Assembly: GCA_964498735.1 (NCBI GenBank)
Contig: CAZCHJ010000002.1
Coordinates: forward strand, 1-36,943
DNA: 36,943 bases
Direction: 5' to 3'
Origin: an uncultured Gammaproteobacteria bacterium
GTDB taxonomy: Bacteria > Patescibacteriota > Patescibacteriia > Magasanikbacterales > UBA922
Part shown: positions 14,798 to 22,582 of the stretch, in pieces
How positions within the stretch are numbered: the first letter of the stretch is position 1
Layout of the letters: the number at the start of each line of letters is the position of its first letter
Notes under the pieces: generated by a model
Seen by the model: only the letters and a program-made list of their open reading frames with translations
The model's database searches: none
Told to the model about the DNA's origin: nothing
Position numbers and translations under genes: made by a program

Positions 14798-16332
14798 AAA
14801 CAGAGCTACCATACAATCCGGAACAAGTGCGCGACATGGTCGCGAGCATGTACAAGAATCAGGACGGCACACCGCACGTCCTCGTTCCTTCGCAGATCGA
14901 TATCTTCGCGGAGATCTCAATGCGCTTGCACCCTCGCGTTCATTGCATGACACACACGCGCTTCGGTAAGTCGGAGACGGCCGGTCTCGCGGTGCTTACT
15001 CGTGTCGCTTCGTTTCCGGAGAAGTGGGCGATTGTTTCAGGATCCAAAGAGAAAGCGAAGATCATTATGAATTATGTGATCGCGCATATCTTCGACAATG
15101 AGTTCACGGCCGCACGTTTCCGTCTCGATAAAGGAGACAGCGCTGAAGCAATCAAGCGCCACCGTAATAAGAATCACCTCACCTTCGACGTCGGCAATGG
15201 CCTGATATCGGAGCTTTTTATTGGATCAGCAAAAGAGGCGATCGGTTTCGGTGCTCCGAATGTTCTCGCCGATGAAGCTTCCCTAATTGATGATCCTGAT
15301 TGGGCGCTCGTTATGCGTATGCTAAACGACAATCCGGACGACAACTTCCTCTTTGAGATCGGAAACCCTTTTCGACGCAATCACTTCCTCGATGAGAGTG
15401 AAGATCCTCTTTTTCATAAAATCAATATCGATTGCTACAAGGGAATGAAAGAAGGCCGTCTCACACAGGAAGCGATCGATGAAGCGAAAAAGTATAAGTT
15501 CTTCAGCGTGCTTTATGAAAACAAGTTCCCTCGCGCTGAAGACGTGGACGAGAAAGGTTGGTCATATCTTATTCCTCGCGAAGATCTTCAGGGTGCAATC
15601 AAACGCTTCGGATCAGCCGAGCATTATGGAATCAAGCGTCTCGGCTTGGACGTCGCGCGGTCAGGACGAAACTTCAACGCATGGGTACTTCGTGGAGACA
15701 ATTACGCGAAGCTTCTCCGAAAATCTTCAGAGACGGATCTCATGGAGGTTGCACGTCTCACGAAGAACATTATGAAAGAGCACGGTATCGATCCAAAGTA
15801 TACGTTCGTCGATGATACCGGCATGGGTGGAGGCGTTACCGATCGATTGAAAGAAGACGGTATTCACATCATTCCGGTCGTAGAAGGTGCGGCCGCGACA
15901 GAGGTTCGTATCGTTCGAGAACAAGATCCGAAGGATAAAACAAAGTTCAAGGACGTCGTAAAAAAAGAATATGCCAACATGCGAGCGCAGATATACGCCG
16001 GATCCGAAGGCCTTTCGAATTGGCTCAAGCGTCAAGGATCTCTTGAAGACATTGATATCGAGATCGATAACGGTCAGGGTTGGGACGAGGCGCTTGAGAT
16101 CCGATACAAGAAAAATGATCAAGGCCTCACGGTGATCGAGAGCAAGATCGATATGCGTGCTCGCGGAGTAGAATCTCCGGACGTGATCGACGCACTTGCT
16201 CTCACGTTTGCACCGACAGCAGTAGCAGAGCCGGTCAAAACATTTCACGCACCGGATCCGACAGCAATGCTTCAGCAAGGAGAAAGAATTGGATTCGGTA
16301 TCAACCGGCGAAGATATCCGGATCGAAAATAG
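14794..16332 (+). CDS. terL: Terminase large subunit
   Basis: Walker A-like THTRFGKSET, Walker B NVLADEASLI, coupling motif EIGNP. C-terminal RNaseH-like nuclease with LGLDVARSG, VDDTGMGGG and DVIDALAL. Confidence 0.9.
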   Translation: MKTELPYNPEQVRDMVASMYKNQDGTPHVLVPSQIDIFAEISMRLHPRVHCMTHTRFGKSETAGLAVLTRVASFPEKWAIVSGSKEKAKIIMNYVIAHIFDNEFTAARFRLDKGDSAEAIKRHRNKNHLTFDVGNGLISELFIGSAKEAIGFGAPNVLADEASLIDDPDWALVMRMLNDNPDDNFLFEIGNPFRRNHFLDESEDPLFHKINIDCYKGMKEGRLTQEAIDEAKKYKFFSVLYENKFPRAEDVDEKGWSYLIPREDLQGAIKRFGSAEHYGIKRLGLDVARSGRNFNAWVLRGDNYAKLLRKSSETDLMEVARLTKNIMKEHGIDPKYTFVDDTGMGGGVTDRLKEDGIHIIPVVEGAAATEVRIVREQDPKDKTKFKDVVKKEYANMRAQIYAGSEGLSNWLKRQGSLEDIDIEIDNGQGWDEALEIRYKKNDQGLTVIESKIDMRARGVESPDVIDALALTFAPTAVAEPVKTFHAPDPTAMLQQGERIGFGINRRRYPDRK

Positions 16333-16362
16333 TGTGGATAACGTGCTTGCAATAATAAAAAA

Positions 16363-16371
16363 TGGTATACT
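16363..16371 (+). promoter_or_regulatory. Extended -10 element TGGTATACT
   Basis: Lies in the 76-nt gap after terL, 37 nt before the ATG at 16409. Confidence 0.4.
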
Positions 16372-16408
16372 GTTTGCATTAAAAACCTAGCGCATATTTT
16401 TTACATGA

Positions 16409-17122
16409 ATGGCAAGATTTCAAACGTTCGCAGATCTTCCGATCGCTGATCAGCAAGAGCTTACTCGCGTTAGCGCGATAGCTTCAGCACAGCGAAACAC
16501 GGTCGAAGCCGAGTACATCGCGAATCGATCGGATTACCTTTACAACGAGATCCTTCTCACTAACGACGCGAACGAGATCATTCTCGCGAAAGGTCGTACT
16601 CTTCCGGCTACCGGAACATCAGGATTTCAAACCGGTGCTTACTTTATGATTGAGAACGCGGCTTCAACCGCGAATCCGACGTACAAGAACGTTGGATCTT
16701 CTTCGTCCGCTTTGTGGGTACAGAGCGACGCAACGATCGTTCCGGTAGCTCTTACGAGCGCACAGATCAAGGCTCTCAATACAACTCCGGTTGAGATCGT
16801 AGCCGCACAAGGCGCCGGAAAAGTTTTTGTCGTCGATTTCATCTTGCTCAAAATGAGCTTCCTCACGGCCGCTTACACCGGATCAAATGCTATTGAGGCT
16901 CGCTATACCGACGCTTCAGGGGCAAAGGTAACGGCAGACTTCCCGACATCAGGATTCCTCAACATTTCTTCGGGTAGTGCTTACTCACTCAATCGCGCAG
17001 TCGCAACCGCTCTTGTTGCACTCGCGAACGCTCCGATTGTTCTTGCCGTTCCTACCGCAGATCCGGCCGCCGGATCAGGTACAATCTCCGGCTTTGTTTT
17101 CGGTCGCGTCATAACTCTTTAA
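16409..17122 (+). CDS. Hypothetical (probably structural) protein, 237 aa
   Basis: Ala/Thr/Ser-rich ORF with a GAATGGC start, located between terL and the portal gene. Confidence 0.5.
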   Translation: MARFQTFADLPIADQQELTRVSAIASAQRNTVEAEYIANRSDYLYNEILLTNDANEIILAKGRTLPATGTSGFQTGAYFMIENAASTANPTYKNVGSSSSALWVQSDATIVPVALTSAQIKALNTTPVEIVAAQGAGKVFVVDFILLKMSFLTAAYTGSNAIEARYTDASGAKVTADFPTSGFLNISSGSAYSLNRAVATALVALANAPIVLAVPTADPAAGSGTISGFVFGRVITL

Positions 17123-17128
17123 TTTTGA

Positions 17129-18844
17129 ATGGCTGAATCAGCAACCCTCACAAAAACGTATAGTCTCGAAGAGAATCGCGCGGCACGAGTACATCAATAC
17201 CGCGAGGGTGCTTTCAACGATCAGCAACGCCGACATGAAGATTGGAGAGAGAACTATTCTCTTTACCGCGATCGAGTATTCACAAACCGTCTCACACAGC
17301 GACAGAGCGTGAATGTGCCTCTTATGAAAGAGACGATCCGCACTATGCTCTCAAAGACGGACGAGTTTACGGATATCTATTTCGAATCACTCTCCGGAGA
17401 CAAACAGAAAGAGATCTTCGCGAACGCATATTGGGATTACTTCTATCACATCGACAACCTCGAATTGAAGGATATCGTCGATAAGAAACAAGTCGGCCTT
17501 TACGGTCGCTCAATAATGAAACTCAACCTCTTCGACGGTCGCCCGACAGTCGAAGTTCTTGAGCCTTATGATTGGCTTTGTGATCGATATGCGGATCCGG
17601 CCGACATCAGCAATACCGCGAACTATCAGGCACACATCAATATCTTTCAGACGATCTCCGAGATCGAAAAGAATCCGCTTTATGATCAGGCGGCCGTTAC
17701 TCGTTTGCGTGAAAAATACGCGCAAGCAATGGGGCTTGCACTCTCGGAAGAGAACGTGAAAGCGCTTCAGGCAAAGAATGAGCGTATGCAAGATCTCGGC
17801 CTCTTCGACGTAAATAATCCTCAAGTCGGCGAAACATACGTCGAGATCAATGAGCACTATGTTCGCCTTTGGTGTGAAGAGGACAAGGATCTTCGGATCT
17901 TCCTCCGCATTACGGCCGACGGAGAATTGCTCTTCGAGAAGAAGCTCAAAGATTATCTCAATATTGATTTCTATCCATTCATCACTTGGGCGGACGATAT
18001 CGAGAAGACGGATATTTGGAGCGACGGTCTCGCTGATATCGTTCGAACTCCGAACAACGTTCTCAATTCTTGGTACTCGCAAATGGTAGAAAACCGCACA
18101 CTCCGAAACTTCGGTATGCACTTCTACGACGCGACACAGGGAGACGGTAAATGGGTACCGCAGTCATACGATCCGGCTCCGTGGGGATTCTATCCGGTTG
18201 CCGGAAACCCGAATGACGTCGTGAAGCAAGTCGAGATTCCTGATCTCTCCGAGAGCATGGACGAAATGAACTTCGTTATCGGAATGGTAGAGCGTGCAAC
18301 CGCAACAACCGCAACTGAAAAGGGATCCGAAACAAAGGGAGACGTTACGCTCGGCGAGGTGAAGATCATGCTCGCGAACTCGAATCAGCGTATCGTTTCA
18401 GTCGCGAAGTTTTACCGTCTTGCTCGAATCGAACTCGGTGAGAAGTGGTACAAGTTCGTCATGGCAAATGAGAAATGGATCAAGCCGGTCGATCTCTTCA
18501 AGAAGTCTTCAGTTTCCGGAAAATACTACAAGGAAAACGTCGGAACGGCTGATTGGAAAGACGAAGTCGGATATGCTTGTAAGGTCATTTCAACCGCAGA
18601 GCGCGAACAAAAGACGATTGAATCGATCACCAAGCTTCAGGCAGTCTCCGCAATGTTTCCCGACAACGTTCCTCTCAAGAAGATCCTCCGAAAGAAAGCG
18701 ATCGATATCCTCGATCTCACTCCGGAAGAACAGAAGGAAGTCATGGATTTTGAGCCACAAGCTCCGACGATGATGAATGAAGCAACGCCTTCTCCTTTAT
18801 CAACACCGACGGCACCGGTCGCGCCTACCGCACCGGCCGCGTAA
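17129..18844 (+). CDS. Portal protein (by size and position)
   Basis: 571 aa, following terL and preceding the scaffold and coat genes. Pro/Ala-rich C-terminal tail. No motif-level proof. Confidence 0.6.
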   Translation: MAESATLTKTYSLEENRAARVHQYREGAFNDQQRRHEDWRENYSLYRDRVFTNRLTQRQSVNVPLMKETIRTMLSKTDEFTDIYFESLSGDKQKEIFANAYWDYFYHIDNLELKDIVDKKQVGLYGRSIMKLNLFDGRPTVEVLEPYDWLCDRYADPADISNTANYQAHINIFQTISEIEKNPLYDQAAVTRLREKYAQAMGLALSEENVKALQAKNERMQDLGLFDVNNPQVGETYVEINEHYVRLWCEEDKDLRIFLRITADGELLFEKKLKDYLNIDFYPFITWADDIEKTDIWSDGLADIVRTPNNVLNSWYSQMVENRTLRNFGMHFYDATQGDGKWVPQSYDPAPWGFYPVAGNPNDVVKQVEIPDLSESMDEMNFVIGMVERATATTATEKGSETKGDVTLGEVKIMLANSNQRIVSVAKFYRLARIELGEKWYKFVMANEKWIKPVDLFKKSSVSGKYYKENVGTADWKDEVGYACKVISTAEREQKTIESITKLQAVSAMFPDNVPLKKILRKKAIDILDLTPEEQKEVMDFEPQAPTMMNEATPSPLSTPTAPVAPTAPAA

Positions 18845-18845
18845 G

Positions 18846-18854
18846 TGGTATAAT
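18846..18854 (+). promoter_or_regulatory. Extended -10 promoter TGGTATAAT
   Basis: Eleven nt separate the -10 from the ATG at 18866. Confidence 0.45.
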
Positions 18855-18865
18855 TTGATCATCGA

Positions 18866-19222
18866 ATGAAAGAACTTCTCGCAAGAATGGGAATAAAAGA
18901 AGAGGATCTCAATAAGCAAGAGATCCAAACTCTCAAGGCATGGGCGGAGGCTCTTGAGAAAAACATTCTCAAAGTCGAAGACATCAAAAAGTACCTTGAT
19001 AAAATGATCGTTTCCGTCGAGAAAGAGATCTCCGGTTACGATTACCCGAAAGACTTTTCATCAATGCTTTTCCGGAGACGACGTCTCCGCCACATGAAAG
19101 CTCGATTGTATAACTACATTATGCTTCGAGATTTCATCACGGCGCCGGAAGAGGCGAGGTCGTACATTGAAAAGCATATTAGCAACTTTAATCTTGAAAA
19201 GCTGAATGGCAACAAAAAATAA
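18866..19222 (+). CDS. Hypothetical coiled-coil protein (118 aa)
   Basis: + ORF with a GAATG start, located after the portal gene. Confidence 0.45.
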   Translation: MKELLARMGIKEEDLNKQEIQTLKAWAEALEKNILKVEDIKKYLDKMIVSVEKEISGYDYPKDFSSMLFRRRRLRHMKARLYNYIMLRDFITAPEEARSYIEKHISNFNLEKLNGNKK

Positions 19223-19409
19223 GAATCCAAAAGGCGGCAAGAAGTGTAAAACACCGAAAGGCACAAAGAAGTGCAAGACGCCGGTGAAGAAACTTCTCAA
19301 AGGCAAGAAGGCCAAGTCAAAAGCAAAGCCTCCAATGAAGACGGTCGCAATGGCACCGAAAGGCGCTATGCCTCCGATGAAGGGAGGTATGCCGATGAAG
19401 GTTATGTAG
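19206..19409 (+). CDS. Extremely Lys-rich small protein (67 aa)
   Basis: MATKNKNPKGGKKCKTPKGTKKCKTPVKKLLKGKKAKSKAKPP... with a GAATGGC start. An alternative frame (19271..) is also open across this region. Confidence 0.4.
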   Translation: MATKNKNPKGGKKCKTPKGTKKCKTPVKKLLKGKKAKSKAKPPMKTVAMAPKGAMPPMKGGMPMKVM

Positions 19410-19424
19410 TCGAATCATTATTAG
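19409..19424 (+). promoter_or_regulatory. Copy of the recurrent motif (GTCGAATCATTATTAG)
   Basis: Starts on the last base of the upstream TAG stop codon (19407-19409) and ends 20 nt before the ATG at 19445. Confidence 0.4.
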
Positions 19425-19444
19425 TTTCTAATTTTCACAATCGT

Positions 19445-19768
19445 ATGGACGCAGAATCAACAAAGATCCTCAACGAGATCCTCGCAGGGGACAAGGACAC
19501 AATGTCCGAAGAAGCAATGCACTTTGTTATGGCACGCCGCTCGTACCTCAATGACGAACAGCGTAAGCGTTTCGAAAAGGAGATCAAGCTCCACGAAGCC
19601 GGAAAACTTTTCCCTTTCAATAAGGAAGAAGAGGGCGACGGTCTCGAAGGAATGAGCATGAAAGATCTCGCGAAGAAAGCAAAGGAACTCGGAATCAAGG
19701 GTTACACCGGTATGGATAAGAAAGCTCTTATCCGCGCAATCGAAGCCGAGACAGAGGGCGACGAATAG
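19445..19768 (+). CDS. Protein with a C-terminal HeH / Rho_N-like DNA-binding motif
   Basis: Starts MDAESTKIL inside ORF 19271..19768. MSMKDLAKKAKELGIKGYTGMDKKALIRAIEA resembles the Rho N-terminal/SAP-like helix-extension-helix. Confidence 0.45.
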   Translation: MDAESTKILNEILAGDKDTMSEEAMHFVMARRSYLNDEQRKRFEKEIKLHEAGKLFPFNKEEEGDGLEGMSMKDLAKKAKELGIKGYTGMDKKALIRAIEAETEGDE

Positions 19769-19837
19769 TTCGAAAATGTGCGCCACTAATTCTTAAAATT
19801 ATGCCAAACCCTTGCTTGCAAGGACGGCAAGAACGAA

Positions 19838-20626
19838 ATGAGCGAAACACACACACCGCCAACCTCTCCAACCGGAGAGACGCCGGAGATTCCTACTCCG
19901 ACAACAAAGGAAACAGAGGTGCGAGAAGGGGAAGAGAATACTCCTACTCCACCGGCACCACAGCCTGAAGTACCGGCCGCTCCGGCGCCCGAAGTTACTC
20001 CACCGGCTCCGGCACCGGTTACTCCACCCGTCGATTACGCGAAGAAGTTCTCGGAATCGGCACGAAGGAATCAAATCGTGGAAGGCCAAAAGGCCGAACT
20101 CGAAAAAACTCTCGCGGACATTACTAAACAGGAACGTCCGACAGACGAGGAAATGCGTCAGGCAGAGCCGAATTGGGATTACCTTTCGGACTTTGAAAAG
20201 AATCAGGCGATCAAAACCGAGATTCTCACTCGCAAACAAGCGAAACGAGATCTCGAAGACGCCGCCAAGCGCAAGGCCGAAGAGGATCTCGAAGCTCTCG
20301 AAGCATATTGTTTCAACGAGCCGAAACTCAAAGGCAAAGAAGAAGAGTTTGCAAAGTTTGCGACGTCGAAGAAAAATCGCGGAGCACCTATGGAAGTTCT
20401 TCTCAACGCTTTTCTTTTTGAAGTAGGAGGTGCTACACCTCCGGCTCCGGCCGCAGATCCTACCCCTCCGCAACCTGAAACGCCTCCGAGCCTCAACCGC
20501 TCGACGCCAACAGGGGGGAATCCTCCGGTAGAGACGCCTAAAGGATTATCCGATGAAGACATCGAGCATATCCGAAAGACGGATCACAAGCGCTACAACG
20601 AAATGGTACGCACCGGACAGATCTAG
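19838..20626 (+). CDS. Scaffolding protein (by position and composition)
   Basis: Pro-rich N- and C-terminal segments flank a charged helical core. It lies immediately upstream of the coat gene. Confidence 0.55.
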   Translation: MSETHTPPTSPTGETPEIPTPTTKETEVREGEENTPTPPAPQPEVPAAPAPEVTPPAPAPVTPPVDYAKKFSESARRNQIVEGQKAELEKTLADITKQERPTDEEMRQAEPNWDYLSDFEKNQAIKTEILTRKQAKRDLEDAAKRKAEEDLEALEAYCFNEPKLKGKEEEFAKFATSKKNRGAPMEVLLNAFLFEVGGATPPAPAADPTPPQPETPPSLNRSTPTGGNPPVETPKGLSDEDIEHIRKTDHKRYNEMVRTGQI

Positions 20627-20662
20627 TCTTCGAAACGTTCCTCTCATTCACATTTTTTTTGA

Positions 20663-21751
20663 ATGGCTAACTACGGAACAAACGTGGGAGAGAAGTTCGC
20701 AAAGAACACTCTCAAGATCTTCTTCCAGCGAGCAATCGCACCTGATATCACGAATCAGGACTATGAGGGAGAGATCAAAGGTGGCGGTGCAGATCGCCTC
20801 AACGTGCTTACGTTCGCCGCTCTCGGCCTCAAGGATTACACCGGATCAGCAATGTCCGTGGACACTCCTTCGGAATCCGAAGCAACTCTCGTCGTCGATA
20901 AAAAGAAGGCTTACTACTTCCAGATCGAAAGCTTTGCGAAGTTCTCTTCTTACGTCGAAGACGCAAGCTCAACGCTCATTGACACCGCAGGAAAGACACT
21001 TGCTCGCACCGTGGATAACGGCGTGCTCGGTCTCTACGGCGACGTAGCGTCGGGCAACCGTGTCGGTACTGATTACACTACCGGAACGGTTACTGTGGAC
21101 GTTACTACCGGCGCCGTTACAGGATCCGGCACAACGTTCACTTCAGCAATGGTCGGTCTCGGCTTCAAGGCCGCCGGTCATTCTGTTTGGTACCGCGTCA
21201 AAACTTACTCTTCTTCAACGGCAATCGTCATTGAAGACGACAAGGACGACGTAGCTTCGGCTTACACCGGAGGCGCTATCGGTGCCGGTGCAACGTACAC
21301 GATCGAGGCAGTTACCGCGATCACGGTTTCGAAGACGACAATCTTCGATTACCTCGTCGATCTCAAGACTAAACTTGACGACGCAGAGATCCCTGAAGAG
21401 GATCGTTGGTTCGTAGCTCCGGCTATCGTTGCCAACCTCCTTCTCAAATCTTCACAGCTTCAGACAGCCGTTTCGACAGCTTACGAAGACGTGATCAAGA
21501 AGGGTATTCTCGGCTACGTTGCCGGATTCAAGATCTACTCTAACAAGCAGGTCTCCGGTAACAACACGACAGGTTACTACTGTCTCGCCGGTCATAAGTC
21601 CTTCATCACTATGGCAATGGCCTTCACCGAATCAGGTGTCGAGCCGTTCATCGGTGGTTTCGGACAGAACTTCAAAGGCCTCAACTGTTACGGTTTCAAA
21701 GTAGCAGACGAACGTCGCAAGGCTGGTGCTTACCTTTTTGCAAAGGTCTAG
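20663..21751 (+). CDS. Major capsid protein (P22-coat-like HK97 fold)
   Basis: The N-terminus MANYGTNVGEKFAKNTLKIFFQRAIAPDITNQDYEGEIKGGGADRLNVLTF is typical of P22-type coat proteins. 362 aa, located after the scaffold gene. Confidence 0.75.
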   Translation: MANYGTNVGEKFAKNTLKIFFQRAIAPDITNQDYEGEIKGGGADRLNVLTFAALGLKDYTGSAMSVDTPSESEATLVVDKKKAYYFQIESFAKFSSYVEDASSTLIDTAGKTLARTVDNGVLGLYGDVASGNRVGTDYTTGTVTVDVTTGAVTGSGTTFTSAMVGLGFKAAGHSVWYRVKTYSSSTAIVIEDDKDDVASAYTGGAIGAGATYTIEAVTAITVSKTTIFDYLVDLKTKLDDAEIPEEDRWFVAPAIVANLLLKSSQLQTAVSTAYEDVIKKGILGYVAGFKIYSNKQVSGNNTTGYYCLAGHKSFITMAMAFTESGVEPFIGGFGQNFKGLNCYGFKVADERRKAGAYLFAKV

Positions 21752-21777
21752 CTCTACTTTGAAGATATGATCTTCCT

Positions 21778-21803
21778 CTTTCTCTCTCTTCGGAGGGAGA
21801 AAG
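21778..21803 (+). terminator. Stable stem-loop with a TTCG tetraloop after the coat gene (no U-tract)
   Basis: CTTTCTCTCTC TTCG GAGGGAGAAAG forms 11 bp, including one G-U. Confidence 0.35.
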
Positions 21804-21809
21804 TGATAA

Positions 21810-21826
21810 GGTCGAATCATTACTAG
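21810..21826 (+). promoter_or_regulatory. Copy of the recurrent motif (GGTCGAATCATTACTAG)
   Basis: Intergenic. It ends 18 nt before the ATG at 21845. Confidence 0.4.
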
Positions 21827-21844
21827 CAAGCTTACAATCTTTCA

Positions 21845-22057
21845 ATGGCAAAAAACGAAATGGTATCGCGCAACGGTGCGGATCGTGCCGAGATCGAAGC
21901 AAAGCGAGGGATCTCTCGTGATGAGAACGGTAAAATCGTTTTCACGAAGGAGCAGAAGCTCGCTCGTATTGCTCACTTCGAAGCGAAGATCCTCGACTTC
22001 AAAACGCGCACTAAAAACGCGCAATCAGAGATCAAGAAGCTCAAAGCTTCTCTCTAA
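21845..22057 (+). CDS. Hypothetical coiled-coil protein (70 aa)
   Basis: + ORF bracketed by two copies of the recurrent motif. Confidence 0.45.
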   Translation: MAKNEMVSRNGADRAEIEAKRGISRDENGKIVFTKEQKLARIAHFEAKILDFKTRTKNAQSEIKKLKASL

Positions 22058-22059
22058 CC

Positions 22060-22073
22060 GGTCGAATTACTAG
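22060..22073 (+). promoter_or_regulatory. Copy of the recurrent motif (GGTCGAATTACTAG)
   Basis: Intergenic. It ends 21 nt before the ATG at 22095. Confidence 0.4.
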
Positions 22074-22094
22074 AAAATAATTTTTTGATTCTCA

Positions 22095-22517
22095 ATGGCA
22101 GACGTAATTTACAACAGCTTCAAGAAAAAGATCATGGACGGCTCGATCGATCTCGACACCGACACGATCAAGGTTGCTCTTGTTACTTCTTCTTACACGC
22201 CCGATCAGGACGCTCACGACTTCTTTGACGACATTACGAACGAGGTTTCCGGTACCGGTTATACGGCCGGAGGCGCTTCACTTTCGACAAAGACAGTTAC
22301 AGCCGACAACACGGACAACGAAGGAGTATTCGACGCCGACGACGTTTCATGGACTTCTTCCACGATTACGGCTCGCGGTGCAGTCATTTACAAATCGACA
22401 GGTACGGCTTCAACCTCACCTCTCATTTGTTACCTCGACTTCGGATCCGACAAGGTGTCTACAGCCGGAACGTTCACGATCTCGTGGAACTCCGAAGGTA
22501 TTCTCAACCTCAACTAG
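22095..22517 (+). CDS. Conserved-looking phage structural protein (140 aa)
   Basis: MADVIYNSFKKKIMDGSIDLDTDTIKVALVTSSYTPDQD...ITARGAVIYKSTG. Located between the coat and fibre genes. Function not recognised. Confidence 0.5.
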   Translation: MADVIYNSFKKKIMDGSIDLDTDTIKVALVTSSYTPDQDAHDFFDDITNEVSGTGYTAGGASLSTKTVTADNTDNEGVFDADDVSWTSSTITARGAVIYKSTGTASTSPLICYLDFGSDKVSTAGTFTISWNSEGILNLN

Positions 22518-22528
22518 AGCTTTCACTC

Positions 22529-22557
22529 GCACTCTTTCCGCCGCGCGGAAGGCGTGC
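22529..22557 (+). terminator. GC-rich stem-loop after the 22095..22517 CDS
   Basis: GCACTCTTTCCGC CGC GCGGAAGGCGTGC forms a 13-bp stem with one mismatch and one G-U. No clear U-tract. Confidence 0.3.
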
Positions 22558-22582
22558 GTGATGAGAGCTTTTGCTCCTATGA

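Noticed and set aside
15727-16278. 183-aa minus-strand ORF
   Set aside because: It is antisense to the terL nuclease domain, which is clearly coding on the + strand.
17510-18121. 203-aa minus-strand ORF
   Set aside because: It is antisense to the portal gene and looks like a shadow ORF produced by the codon bias of the sense strand.
19271-19444. Upstream part of ORF 19271..19768, overlapping the Lys-rich gene
   Set aside because: The purine-rich sequence leaves several frames open. The ATG at 19445, 20 nt after a motif copy, gives a sensible start. The choice remains uncertain.
19799-20473. 224-aa minus-strand ORF rich in Arg/Cys/Phe
   Set aside because: It is antisense to the scaffold gene. 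Its composition is typical of the reverse complement of a Glu/Lys/Pro-rich gene.
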